Assembly: GCA_965215885.1 (NCBI GenBank)
Contig: CBDCEW010000092.1
Span: 1 to 64,000, forward strand
Length of the DNA: 64,000 nt
Direction: 5' to 3'
Origin: Candidatus Moanibacter sp.
Lineage (GTDB): Bacteria; Verrucomicrobiota; Verrucomicrobiia; Opitutales; UBA2987
Shown in pieces: positions 53,945 through 64,000 of this stretch (the first letter of the stretch is position 1; each line of letters opens with the position of its first letter). Position numbers and translations under genes: made by a program. The notes below the pieces were generated by a model. That model was not told where the DNA came from and made no database searches. It saw nothing but the letters and a program-made list of their open reading frames with translations.

Positions 53945-55506
53945 GAATGGCGCTAAGATAAGCCAAAAATAATTGTAAAAAATATGTAAAAAGCTTGTAC
54001 TATGACCGTTAGTAGGCTAATCTTGTTGTATGAAAAATATGACAAGATTCCTGCCTGGGTTTAATCACATTCTATGCGGTCGCCCGCCTAAGTCGGCCCT
54101 GGCACAATTAAAGCAAAAACTGGCTCATCTAAGAGAGTCAACTCTATCGGAGTTGTCGGATCTGTTTGATCGGTGGATTCCTCTGGGAGTTTTGCAACCC
54201 AAGAGCGAAAAAGAAAACAGCCGGGAACGAGTCTACTCACTCAGAACGACCTTCTGGGGCTTTCTGTTCCAGGTGCTCTCCCCGCAGACAGCCTGCCGGG
54301 AGGTCGTCAGAAAGGTGCAGAGCTACTGTAGTGAGCGGGAGTTGAACCTGCCCAGTTCCTCCACCTCGGCCTATTGCCAGGCACGTCAGCGCATAGGTAT
54401 AGAGGACTTACAAAAGATCGGTGAAGAGGTCAGCGAGCAGATACACAAGGAGGTAAGGCAAGCGCAGCGGTGGAAGGGGCACGAGGTCAGAGTGATAGAC
54501 GGTACTGGGATCAGTATGCCCGATACCGAGCAGAACCAGAGGGCCTTTCCCCAACCCGGGGGGCAGAAAGAGGGGTGCGGATTTCCCGTCATGCTTCTGG
54601 TGGGCTGTTTCTGTTTGGCCAGCGGGGCCTTGCTGCACTGTGTCGAGACCACCTTAAAAAACCATGAAAGCGGCATTTTGCGCAAATTCGTTGGGTATTT
54701 GAAAAAAGCAGAGGTGGTTCTGTGCGACCGCGGTTATTGCTCTTATGCCAATCTGGGGCTGCTTCTAAACCATCAAATGGACGCGGTCATGCGCCTGCAC
54801 CAAAGGCGCAAATGCGACTTCCGTAGCGGCCAAACACTGGGCCGATACGATCGGCTGGTGACCTGGAAAAAACCGCAGAGACAGCACGGGTTCAGCCCGG
54901 AAGAATGGGCTCAATTACCGGCCGAACTGACTCTGCGAATGGTGCGTAGATCAAAGGATTCCGTACCCGAAAGATCGATCTTGTGACCACCTTTACCGAC
55001 CCCCTCCAATACACCGTAGAGGATCTGGCCGATCTCTACTTCCGCCGCTGGTCAGTGGAACTGTTTTTTCGCGACATTAAAACGACTATGAAGATGGAAA
55101 CGGTACGCTGCCTTACTCCCGAAATGGTGCGTAAGGAAATCCAGCTGTTCTTTATCGCCTATAATCTCATCCGCGCCCTCATGCAACACGCCGCCACCCT
55201 CTATCAGCGTGACCTGCATCGGCTCAGCTTCAAGAGCACGGTCGACACCGTTCGGCAGTACTGCACCGCTCTGAACGCCACCCGCAAGCAGCCTCGAAAG
55301 CAACAACGCATCATTGACGAGATGGTTCTGATTATTGCCGAGGAGACTGTTCCACTACGAGAACACCGCAGCGAACCACGAGCGGTCAAACGAAGACCGA
55401 AACCTTACCAATTACTAACGAAGCCGCGAGGGAAAATGAAAGTCTCGCGCTCGCGCAGAAACAAAGGCAAAAATCGTCGTTAATCGGGCTTATCTTAGCG
55501 CCATTC
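53945..55506 (+). mobile_element. IS4-family element (1562 bp); transposase 54030-55483 with a frameshift at ~54950
   Basis: Perfect 20-bp IR GAATGGCGCTAAGATAAGCC; 11-bp target duplication GGGTCAGACTG; IDGT, DRGY and YFRRWSVELFFRDIK motifs. Confidence 0.95.
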
Positions 55507-55900
55507 GGGTCAGACTGCGAATTGTTTGATTTTCCCCAGGGTTCCGGGTCTGGTAGAATCAGTTTATGTTCCGGCCTTCGCTTAGAAAGGGGCTAGCCCG
55601 GAAAGGGTCATCGAACGCGGAAGAGGTCATGTTTATTTGGGCAACAGCGCCTATCATTTTGCCATCGTCACAAGCGAGCACTGAGAGAGCGCAGGTTCAC
55701 TCCTGCAGAAAAACAGGAAACCCTGCCCACCCGCCGAAGATGGATCGACCACGACATCATCATTGCGAGGAATTTTATACACATTTGAACATCGGATCGT
55801 TCAAGGCGGCAGTAATACGTCAGACTGGAATGCCGCTAAAATAAGGGGCATAAACGACAGATTCGGCCACAGTCGAATTCGGCCGCAAGCGGCCTTCCTA

Positions 55901-57793
55901 GTGCGCCCGTAATGGTTATGAAACAGAAAGGTGAAAGTCCGATCCAGCCCAAACGTGCACTGGGCTGAAACGTGAAGTAACTGCGTCACCAAGAGGTGGG
56001 GTGGGAAGCAACAGAACGTGAACTGCCAGTCCGTAATAGTCATGCCAATGACCGTGAACTCGATTCGGCAAGGCGTCGTGGCGAGACTCCTAGGAATGTG
56101 CGAAGCCCCTGTCCCCGTAGAGAGCGGGGAGATCACTACGTGCCCGGGTCACGCAAAGCACGGTAGTGATGCGACGTCGGGTGGTTGGAGACGGAATGGC
56201 GGGAAGGATCATAACAGGAAACGGGGAGACCTGTCGGCACGAGGACGGAGTTCAAGACTCCATAAGAGTCCGAAGAGCCGGCCGACAGGAGTCGGAGCCT
56301 CAATAAGAGCGAAGAAGCCGGGTAATACCGGTGGAGCAAAGGGAGGCAGGAAGGTGGAAGCGTGAAGTACATACAAGAGGAATTAATTCCTTCCGCAGTT
56401 TCCGAAAGGGATAGACAAGGAAGAGAAGTCCGAGCCCGGTGGGCTTGGGTGGAACCTCAAGTATGGAGCGAACGCATGTTGGCAGCCCTCGAAACGGGGG
56501 TGAAAGGAAACAAATGGTTCAGTCTAAATGATAAGGTGAGCCGGGAAGAGACCCTGCAGCGGGCTTGGGAACAAGTACGCCGCAATGGTGGCAGCGCCGG
56601 AATAGACGCTATTTCGGTGAAGCGATTTACCAAGATAGGGGAAAAGGAGCTGACCCGGTTGAAAAGACAACTCCAAAGAGGAGAGTACAGACCGAAAGCG
56701 GTCAAGCGGGTATGGATCAATAAGACGGGAAGCAAAGAAAAACGGCCGTTGGGAGTACCCACGGTAAGAGATCGGATCGTGCAAGGCGCACTACGTCTGG
56801 TGATCGAACCGATCTTTGAGAAAGACTTTGCCGCCCATAGCTATGGATTCCGACCGGGTCGAGGATGCAAGGATGCGCTGCGTCAAGTCAGCCGCCTGCT
56901 TAAGGCGGGTTACAACTGGGTTGTGGACGCGGACCTGAAAAGCTACTTCGACACGATCCCGCACGAGAAGCTGATGGAACTAGTGGAGGAAAGGATCCGT
57001 GACCGAAAGGTATTGGAGCTGATCGGAAGCTTCCTCACCCAAGGGGTGATGGAAAGTCACAAAGGCTGGCAACCGACGGAACGAGGCACTCCCCAAGGGT
57101 CAGTAGTTAGTCCGTTGTTGTCGAACATCTACCTCAATGGTCTTGACCACCAGATGGCCCGCAAAGGTTACCAAATGGTACGCTACGCGGATGACTTCAT
57201 TGTCCTGTGTCGCAGTCAAGAGGAAGCCCAAAGAGCCCACGAGGAAGTGCAGCGGTGGACTCGGAAGAGAGAACTGCTCCTGCATCCGGAGAAAACCAGG
57301 ATTGTAGATGCCACCTTAAAAGGAGGTTTCGATTTTCTTGGTTACCACTTCGAACGCGGTTATCGATGGCCGCGTCAGAAGAGCCTCAATGAGTTGCGTG
57401 CGAAGATCCGAGCCAGAACGAAGAGGACTAATGGGACCAGCATGAGCTGTATCATCAGCAAAGTGAATCCGATCCTCCAAGGCTGGTTCGAGTACTACAA
57501 GCACAGTCACAAGACCACCTTTGGACCGATCGATGGATGGGTTCGAATGCGCCTGCGCAGTATCAAACGCAAACGGCGTAAAGGCCGAGGCAAAGGACGT
57601 GGTCTGGATCATCAACGCTGGCCCAATCGTTACTTCGCGGACCTGGGACTGTTCAGCCTTAAAACAGCCTGGGAACACGCGCGCCAATCTCCATGATGGA
57701 GTTAACCACTGACTGGAGAGCCGGATGCGGGAGAACCGCACGTCCGGTTCGGAGGGAGGGGAGCCGGTGAGATTCCGGCTTTCCTACCCCTAC
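55901..57793 (+). mobile_element. Group II intron, apparently full length
   Basis: 5' GTGCG; domain V GAGCCGGATGCGGGAGAACCGCACGTCCGGTTC; domain VI ending CCTACCCCTAC (end +/-1). Confidence 0.92.
56362..57696 (+). CDS. ltrA: Group II intron reverse transcriptase/maturase without endonuclease domain
   Basis: RPLGVPTVRDRIVQ, SYGFRPGR, GTPQG..SPLLSNIYL, RYADD, LQGWFEYY. Confidence 0.96.
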   Translation: MKYIQEELIPSAVSERDRQGREVRARWAWVEPQVWSERMLAALETGVKGNKWFSLNDKVSREETLQRAWEQVRRNGGSAGIDAISVKRFTKIGEKELTRLKRQLQRGEYRPKAVKRVWINKTGSKEKRPLGVPTVRDRIVQGALRLVIEPIFEKDFAAHSYGFRPGRGCKDALRQVSRLLKAGYNWVVDADLKSYFDTIPHEKLMELVEERIRDRKVLELIGSFLTQGVMESHKGWQPTERGTPQGSVVSPLLSNIYLNGLDHQMARKGYQMVRYADDFIVLCRSQEEAQRAHEEVQRWTRKRELLLHPEKTRIVDATLKGGFDFLGYHFERGYRWPRQKSLNELRAKIRARTKRTNGTSMSCIISKVNPILQGWFEYYKHSHKTTFGPIDGWVRMRLRSIKRKRRKGRGKGRGLDHQRWPNRYFADLGLFSLKTAWEHARQSP

Positions 57794-58363
57794 CAACAAT
57801 TCATGTCCCGACCTGCCGTGATAGAAAGCTCGCTTGCTTCTGAATTAGTCGATAGGGTAGGGGATCGTATGCTGATTGGTCTGCACCATGTGTTGTATGA
57901 TTACGGTGCTGCGACCGGAGGATCTATAGCCATCGTATAAAAAGGCTCATATCGACTGGCTTGCTCCTCTAAGCGTTAGGAACAAGCCGTTTCCTGAGAC
58001 AGAAATCCGAATGAACCGGTTTCGGGTCGAGGAGAGCGCCGACAAAAAGAGCGGGGATTTTGTGATTGCCTAAGCCGAGGGTTAAGCAAAGCCGCATTTG
58101 AAATCCTAGCCAGTGCAAAAGTCGACGATGGCCATCTCATAATCCGACTCCAGTGCTTCGATAATATCCTCTGGATCTCCACCTTCGCGAAAGTAGTCCG
58201 CAATCAACGAGAAGCGGATTCGCCGGTTGTGATGGGCTGCGGCTCACTCCTTGGCCAAACCCTGATTCTTTTTAAACTTTACTGTCATTATTAAAATTGG
58301 AAGATGTATCTATTCGTTGATTTATCCCGAAGACAAAGGTCATCGAAAGAATCAGGATTAATT

Positions 58364-58624
58364 ATGACCATTGACCGCGAAAACGTCGCCAAGAAACTTA
58401 TTGATTATCTGCAGCACCAGATTGCTCTTAACCAACTCGTTGATTGGGCCGAAACGGCTGTTATGCGAGGTCAATTCGAAGGTGCGGATAGGGACAATGT
58501 CATGGACATAGTCGCTCGTCTGGGATTAGCAGACGTGAGAGCCTTTGGCCTTACCTGGGAAGACTGTGAAACGTTTCTGAACCGTCTCGGCTATGATGCA
58601 AAAGTCGATGTGGTCGCTCGATGA
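58364..58624 (+). CDS. Hypothetical protein (86 aa)
   Basis: AGGA RBS and protein-like composition (LVDWAE..RLGLADVRAFGLTWEDC). Confidence 0.65.
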   Translation: MTIDRENVAKKLIDYLQHQIALNQLVDWAETAVMRGQFEGADRDNVMDIVARLGLADVRAFGLTWEDCETFLNRLGYDAKVDVVAR

Positions 58625-58662
58625 GTTCCCCGGGCTGGTCATCTGCCAACGGCAGAATGCTA

Positions 58663-59601
58663 TTAGGATGAAAGCCGCAATTTCCAGCCATACAGGAGAA
58701 GACACACGAGACCCAGGCTGAGAAGTAGCATGCTGGAGGGTTCCGGGATGGCCGCGGCGAGGTCGCCACGGCCGGAATTGAAGGTCGGGATGAAATTCTC
58801 GTGGAGAGTCGTTTGGGAGAAGCCCGAATCGACAGCATAACTGAAAATATCCTCAGAGCCATTGACATCATTGACGAAGAGATCCTCTTCCGGAGCGCCG
58901 ATAGAAAAGGTAATTCCCGCGAATCCTTGAAGGACGTCCGTATGCACGAGAGTTAAAGCCCCACTCAGAATGTCCAAAGTGTAAAAGTCACTGGAATCGG
59001 CCACAAAAAAGGTATTGTCGAGTGCCACCGCAATGTCGGTGACATCGGAAAGGTCGAATGCGTTTCCTCCGAGCATTAAAGCCACAGGTGGGCCGACAAC
59101 TGCACCAGTCGAGGGATTGATCTGAAGCAATTCATCGCTGGCCGCATCCAGCGCCCACAGGGTATCTGAAAGGTCGAAAACGGCTCCTCGTATATCGCGG
59201 CCAGAAAGCAGCGAACCGATCGTTGATGCCACAGCCGTATTGGAGTCGATGATGATGAGGGTGGAGCCGGTTGTGTTGAAACCGGACTTCTGAAGCTCAA
59301 AGGCCAACAGGCCGTGCGTCAGGGAAAATGCGAGCGCATCCGCGTCGATATCGATCTCGTCGAGTGTAACAGGCCCAATATCAATGAAACCTGATCCGTC
59401 TTCCTGAAAGGAGAAGAGATTGGTAGGAGGTAGCGAGTTTGGGACGGTTCCGTTGAAGCAGAAATTGGGAGGGCCACTTCCACATGATTTTATACCCAGG
59501 ACAATTGCGTGCGCGCTGGGTGCTAACAGCAGATTGGCTATTAGTGCAGCTGAGAATAAGCCAGTAAACTCTGGCCTCAAATTGAGCTTTGATAGAAACA
59601 C
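58663..59601 (-). CDS. PEP-CTERM surface protein, beta-propeller-like
   Basis: Signal peptide ending AHA; C-terminal IPEPSS, TM helix and basic tail. Confidence 0.88.
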   Translation of the reverse strand: MFLSKLNLRPEFTGLFSAALIANLLLAPSAHAIVLGIKSCGSGPPNFCFNGTVPNSLPPTNLFSFQEDGSGFIDIGPVTLDEIDIDADALAFSLTHGLLAFELQKSGFNTTGSTLIIIDSNTAVASTIGSLLSGRDIRGAVFDLSDTLWALDAASDELLQINPSTGAVVGPPVALMLGGNAFDLSDVTDIAVALDNTFFVADSSDFYTLDILSGALTLVHTDVLQGFAGITFSIGAPEEDLFVNDVNGSEDIFSYAVDSGFSQTTLHENFIPTFNSGRGDLAAAIPEPSSMLLLSLGLVCLLLYGWKLRLSS

Positions 59602-59607
59602 TTAATG

Positions 59608-60156
59608 CTACCTTTTCTTCTTGGAGATTTTCGAACCCTCCAGAGTCAGGTTGTACATCAGGCCCTTATTTCCGAAAATGAAGCCGATGACGGGCTCTTT
59701 CGCGACCTCAGTATCGATCTCGCCGCCCGTCCCAAGAGTAGCGAGGGCGACGCTGGCATCGACCCCTACCTCCCAACCCGTGCTGTTGCGGAAACTATCC
59801 AAAGCTGCTTTGTCCATGAAGAGAATAATCTGCGATCTAACCTGGGCGCCGATCTGGAGACCAACGGAAGCTGCAGTCGTAGTGTAATAATCCACCGTTT
59901 TGCCGTCGATCATGAGAGCGCCGTTTCCGCGTTCGCCGCCCACTCCTATTCCAGCCTTTGACACATGGGGGAAACCCAGCATGCCGGCCGATTTTTCCGC
60001 CAGCTCTTTGCCGGCGCTCGTCAGTTCATAAAAGTTTGAAATCGCTTCCTTTATTCGAGCGTCCAATTGGACCTTCGACGCCGCATCTACCGCTTGGGTG
60101 GTGAAAAGGGCGAAGAGGAAAAGTAGAGCATTAATGATATTTCTATTAGTAATCAT
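59608..60156 (-). CDS. YSC84/SYLF-like lipid-binding protein
   Basis: FPHVSKAGIGVGGERGNGAL, SVGLQIGAQ, NKGLMYNLTLEGSKI. Confidence 0.88.
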   Translation of the reverse strand: MITNRNIINALLFLFALFTTQAVDAASKVQLDARIKEAISNFYELTSAGKELAEKSAGMLGFPHVSKAGIGVGGERGNGALMIDGKTVDYYTTTAASVGLQIGAQVRSQIILFMDKAALDSFRNSTGWEVGVDASVALATLGTGGEIDTEVAKEPVIGFIFGNKGLMYNLTLEGSKISKKKR

Positions 60157-60504
60157 TGTTTTGAAAATGTCGTATACTTGAAATAGAGCAATAAGCATCA
60201 AAAGCCGCCACTATCGTCGAGCAGCCCTGGATCGCATTAATAACTTCGAATTTGCAGGTTAGCTGCCAAGGTAGTGCGAGGCAATGAAATAAGTGAAAGA
60301 GTGGGTGCCCGCTAAAGATCCCGGCAAGCCGGGACGAAACAAGAAGTTTGCAACGGATAAAAGGACAGCAACGGATGGGAAAAGTAAGAGACTCCGGTTA
60401 AATTTTGTTCCTTCATCGATCGATCACCGCAAGGAACAGCCCAATTACCGGATCAAAAAGGCCGTCGACTCCGGACAGGAATCCTAATTAACTCGAGACT
60501 CTAA

Positions 60505-63433
60505 TCAGGCGAGATCTCCACTTGCGGTATCCGCAGTTTGCGCTACTTCGCCGCACTGGATCATGAAACTGAAGACGGAACCCTTTCCGGGATGGCTCCA
60601 GACGGCGACGTCGCCCCCCATCAATTCGACGACGTATACCGATGTTTCGAAATGGCGAGACCCAAGCACATTCCGTCGTCCCTTTCGTCGGAGCCACTTT
60701 GCGAGAACGGCAAAAAGAGCTTATCCCGTATTTTCTCTTCAATCCCGATGCCGGTATCCTTGACGTTGAATCTCAGGCGGGTTCGGCCATCTATGAGCCC
60801 GCCCGATTCCACCTTGATATCGATCCTGCCATTTTGGGTAAATTTGACTGCATTCCCGATGAGGTTGTTAAGGATCTGCCACAAGCGCGTCGGATCTGCC
60901 ATGACGTGCTCGGGAACATTGTCTGCGACAGAATAGGAGAGGTTCAGCCCCTTTTCATTGGTATGCTCACGCTGGAGTTCGACTGATTCTTCGATTAAAT
61001 TGTGGAGGTTCAATTTCGCTTCTTCCAATTCCACCTGATTGGTCACGATCCTGGAGAATTCAAGCACGTTATCGATAATGAGAAGCAGCTGCCGGCCGTT
61101 GCGATTGACTTTCTCGGCGCGGGAAAGATCCTCCGGAGAAAGCTCTCCACGGGCGTTTTTCATCAGGACGCCGGAAAAGCCGATTATTGAAGTCAGATGG
61201 GTACGCAACTTGAGACTCAAGTTAAACATGAACTCGCGCTGGACGGTGGTGGCGGTATAGTCTCTTTCTTTCTGGCCCAAAAACGCCTTTTGGTCTAGTC
61301 TTCTACCTTGAACTTCCTTTTTTGCCTCGTCAGCAGAATCTGTGGGTTATTTCGGGTTCAGGCAAGTCGCCCATGGTATGAAATAGGGCGATCTTAAGCA
61401 CTTCGAAGCTCTTAAAGCCGTATGCTTTTCTGATAGTGAGATTTATATTGCGGTTAAAGCCCTCCACAATGCCGCAGGAAAAGGCCTTTTTGGCCCGAAA
61501 CCAGTTGAGGATGAGCGGCTCGTGTTTGCGCACCGAGCGCACGAACCTTTTGATCGGTTTGAGGCGCGAACGCATGGCGCGCGTGCACCATTTTTTCAGA
61601 TACCATTGGGCCCAGTAGGGACTTTTATAATGCCACAAGAGCTGAAAGCTCTCCTTTAGTAGATAGGCCCGCACGCTCTTCAGATCGTATTGGAGCACCT
61701 CCTTGAGGCGGATCTGTTGGGTGGGGGTGAGATTTGCGGATTTTTCAAGAAACAGTATTTGCTTTTGACCAGCACGTTGATGTAGCCGTCCCGTTGCAAT
61801 CGCCTGGCTTCCGCAGCACGAATCTCATTGAGGGCCTTGTTCAGGTTGGCTACCAAGTGGAAGCGATCGAGGATGTGCAGCGCCTGGGGTGCCTTTTTCT
61901 TGATCACTTTGAGGTAAGGCTTCCACAGATCCGAGCAGACGTAGAGGATCTGGCTGCTCTTTTGCGCTCCCAATTCCCAGAAAAAACGCAAGAGCGATTT
62001 TACGTTGCGCTTATTGAATACGCCCAATAGCCGCCGCCGCCCCTCGTCAAGCTGGTAGACCACGGTGAGATAGTGATGGCCTCGATGATACTGCACCTCA
62101 TCGACTCCGATCGCCTCAATCCCGCTCATATCGCGCCGTTTGAGCCCCCAACGCACCATCGCCTCGACCGACTCGAAGACGTTGCGCCAGTTCGTGCGAA
62201 AAACCCTTGCCGTCTCTTCCCAGCTCAAGCGCCTCGCCCACTGGGCCAGAAACCATTGCATTGGCCAACTCAGATGACTCTTGCCCTTGGCCCAGGGCAC
62301 CTCTTCGACCTTCACCCCGCACCGCCGGCAATTGACCCGCCGCATGCGGTAACGAAAATACACCTTCATCCCCCACAAGGGCACAAATTCAAAATGCCTC
62401 GCCTCGCTCATGTGGTCGTAGCCGCTGGCCGTCCGGCCACACCCCGAACAGCACACCCGACTATTCTTGCGCGGCTCAATCTGCACCACAATCGCCTCCA
62501 CCGATTTCACCATTTCCATACTCGCCTTTGCGTAAACAAAGCTCTTGAGCCAATAGCACCGATTCAGTAGCGTTTTGATGAGCACTGGGTCCTCCGTGTT
62601 CAGGATGTATTTTCGGTACTACTTTCATCCTCGGAACGGCCCGGTGCTTCAACCTTTCAATCCCATATGCAAAGAAAACACCGACCAGCCCCTCCGGCTG
62701 TGGAGGAGCGGGATTCAGGGCAGCGCCCTGACTTCTCCTTGTGCTCACCGACTCTATTTCCTCTTGTAAGCGACGTTACCCACCCACAGATTCTGCTGTA
62801 GACCCCCTTTTTTAAGATGACCTTCTCGCGAACGTTGAATCGCTCTTTATTTTCGTTCTGACGGGCGATTAAACCTATGATAAGTAGAAAACAGGAAAGA
62901 ATGAGCCCGCTTTGAATATACGAGTAACCCGGCAACATAATGATCTGTACACACAAAGGAAGAACAGCAGCCAGGAGAAACGCCCAGAAAATAGAAACAA
63001 CCGCGGATAGAACCGACGACGCGAGCGCGGTCAATGCGACGGTCGCCAAAATTAGAAAAGATAACAGAGATGCATTCTCATGCGGAAAATACAGAATAGA
63101 CAGCGCACCCCATCCCGCCCCGATTAGCAGGCTGCCCAACGTCATGATATTTGCCCAACGCCGCGCTTTCAGCTCTTTTTCAGGGTCCCGCAGCATTTCG
63201 GTCAATTTCAAATAAGCGGGCAGGCACACTATCACCATGCAAATGATCCACACGTTGACCGTTTGCAACGACGTCTCCCAGAGAATCCAGAGACCACCAA
63301 ATACGGAGATCACGAGGAGAATAAGTACACCCGACCTGCTCTGACGAATTACGGTTTCGACTCGAGCCGCAAAAAAGAGCTCGCGAATGGGAGGCGACGG
63401 AGTGGAACTTTCCGCTTCTTGATTATTGGACAT
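60505..63433 (-). pseudogene. Membrane sensor histidine kinase interrupted by ISL3
   Basis: Removing the IS and one target copy restores EKVILKK-EVQGRRLDQKAFLGQKERDY in frame. N box (NNLIGNAVKFT) and G1 (DTGIG) present; further frameshifts near 60615-60645. Confidence 0.88.
61324..62805 (-). mobile_element. ISL3-family element (1482 bp); transposase 61330-62585 with one frameshift
   Basis: 24-bp imperfect IRs with core CAGCAGAATCTGTGGGT; 8-bp target duplication CCTTTTTT; CxxC zinc finger, IGVDE, DRFH and VEGFN. Confidence 0.95.
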
Positions 63434-63561
63434 TCTAACTTGAAATTCCGGTTTCTCTACAAAGTCGCGACGATCATATTTCTGGCGTTTCCGGGCCTAC
63501 CGCTCCCGGTAAGTCTGAAAGCAAGTTCAAGATATAGGATTTGCATGATCTCCATTTCGAC

Positions 63562-63999
63562 TTATCGGAACAAGGCTAGAATCAATTCAATCTCGACGTG
63601 AGGTTCTCCTCGTAGATACACTTCTTTTTTGAGAGTCTCTTCCGTCAAATTCACGCGCACATCCAGGTATGGCGGATCGCGGGCTTTGAATAAGAACGAG
63701 CGCCCGTCCAATTCAACGAAGTCGAGCAGAATCGGCTTCGTATTACCGCCGAAGGTAGAGAAAAATCGAAGCTTGAGGTCTTCTCCCTCAAGAAAGAAAG
63801 TCCAATAGTGGATCGAGGCAATGAGATCAGCCTTACCTGAAACGGATCCATCCGGCAGGCGCTCGTATTGAATGTCGTATTTCTGGGGTCCGATCGGCGT
63901 CCTTACGGCCGTTCCTCTCCAGGGACCGATAAGCCCCTCCAGGAATTCGGCGGGCGATACCGCCTCGCTCGTCGTTTCGCTTCTCGCGGCTTCGGATTT
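63562..63999 (-). CDS. Hypothetical protein, 5' end outside the window
   Basis: Manual translation gives a 145-codon open frame (..LIGPWRGTAVRTPIGP..STFGGN..LALFR*). Confidence 0.6.
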   Translation of the reverse strand, partial: KSEAARSETTSEAVSPAEFLEGLIGPWRGTAVRTPIGPQKYDIQYERLPDGSVSGKADLIASIHYWTFFLEGEDLKLRFFSTFGGNTKPILLDFVELDGRSFLFKARDPPYLDVRVNLTEETLKKEVYLRGEPHVEIELILALFR

Positions 64000-64000
64000 C

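Noticed and set aside
56362..57696. RT as a retron, DGR or defence RT
   Set aside because: It has a maturase-type C-terminus and flanking group II intron 5' end and domains V/VI; no template/variable repeat pair was seen.

Overview
Bacterial chromosomal window. Gene content and a PEP-CTERM protein suggest Verrucomicrobiota/Opitutae, but this is inference only. The core (about 6.7-50.1 kb) holds a complete Na+-NQR cluster (nqrABCDEF-apbE-nqrM), an SSS symporter with a gluconolactonase-like gene, an adenylate cyclase-RDD fusion, an FKBP, a serine hydrolase, folA with an internally deleted thyA, comEC, thiD, rarA, lpdA, a TonB receptor behind two palindromic operators, and phnDCE-like ABC genes. 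Two decayed tRNA-anchored accessory regions flank it. The left one, downstream of tRNA-Ser(GGA), has an integrase remnant, an attC-like site, a TPR gene and an IS. The right one, downstream of tRNA-Arg(CCG), has a NACHT-like fragment, an IS481 remnant, repeat-delimited defence-like genes, an IS4, a group II intron and an ISL3 inside a histidine kinase. Intergenic DNA is unusually rich in nested palindromic repeat families, and several ISs sit inside them. Many single-base frameshifts and three ~230-bp tandem duplications point to an imperfect consensus, so pseudogene calls need read-level checks. All annotations come from reading the sequence; no searches were run.
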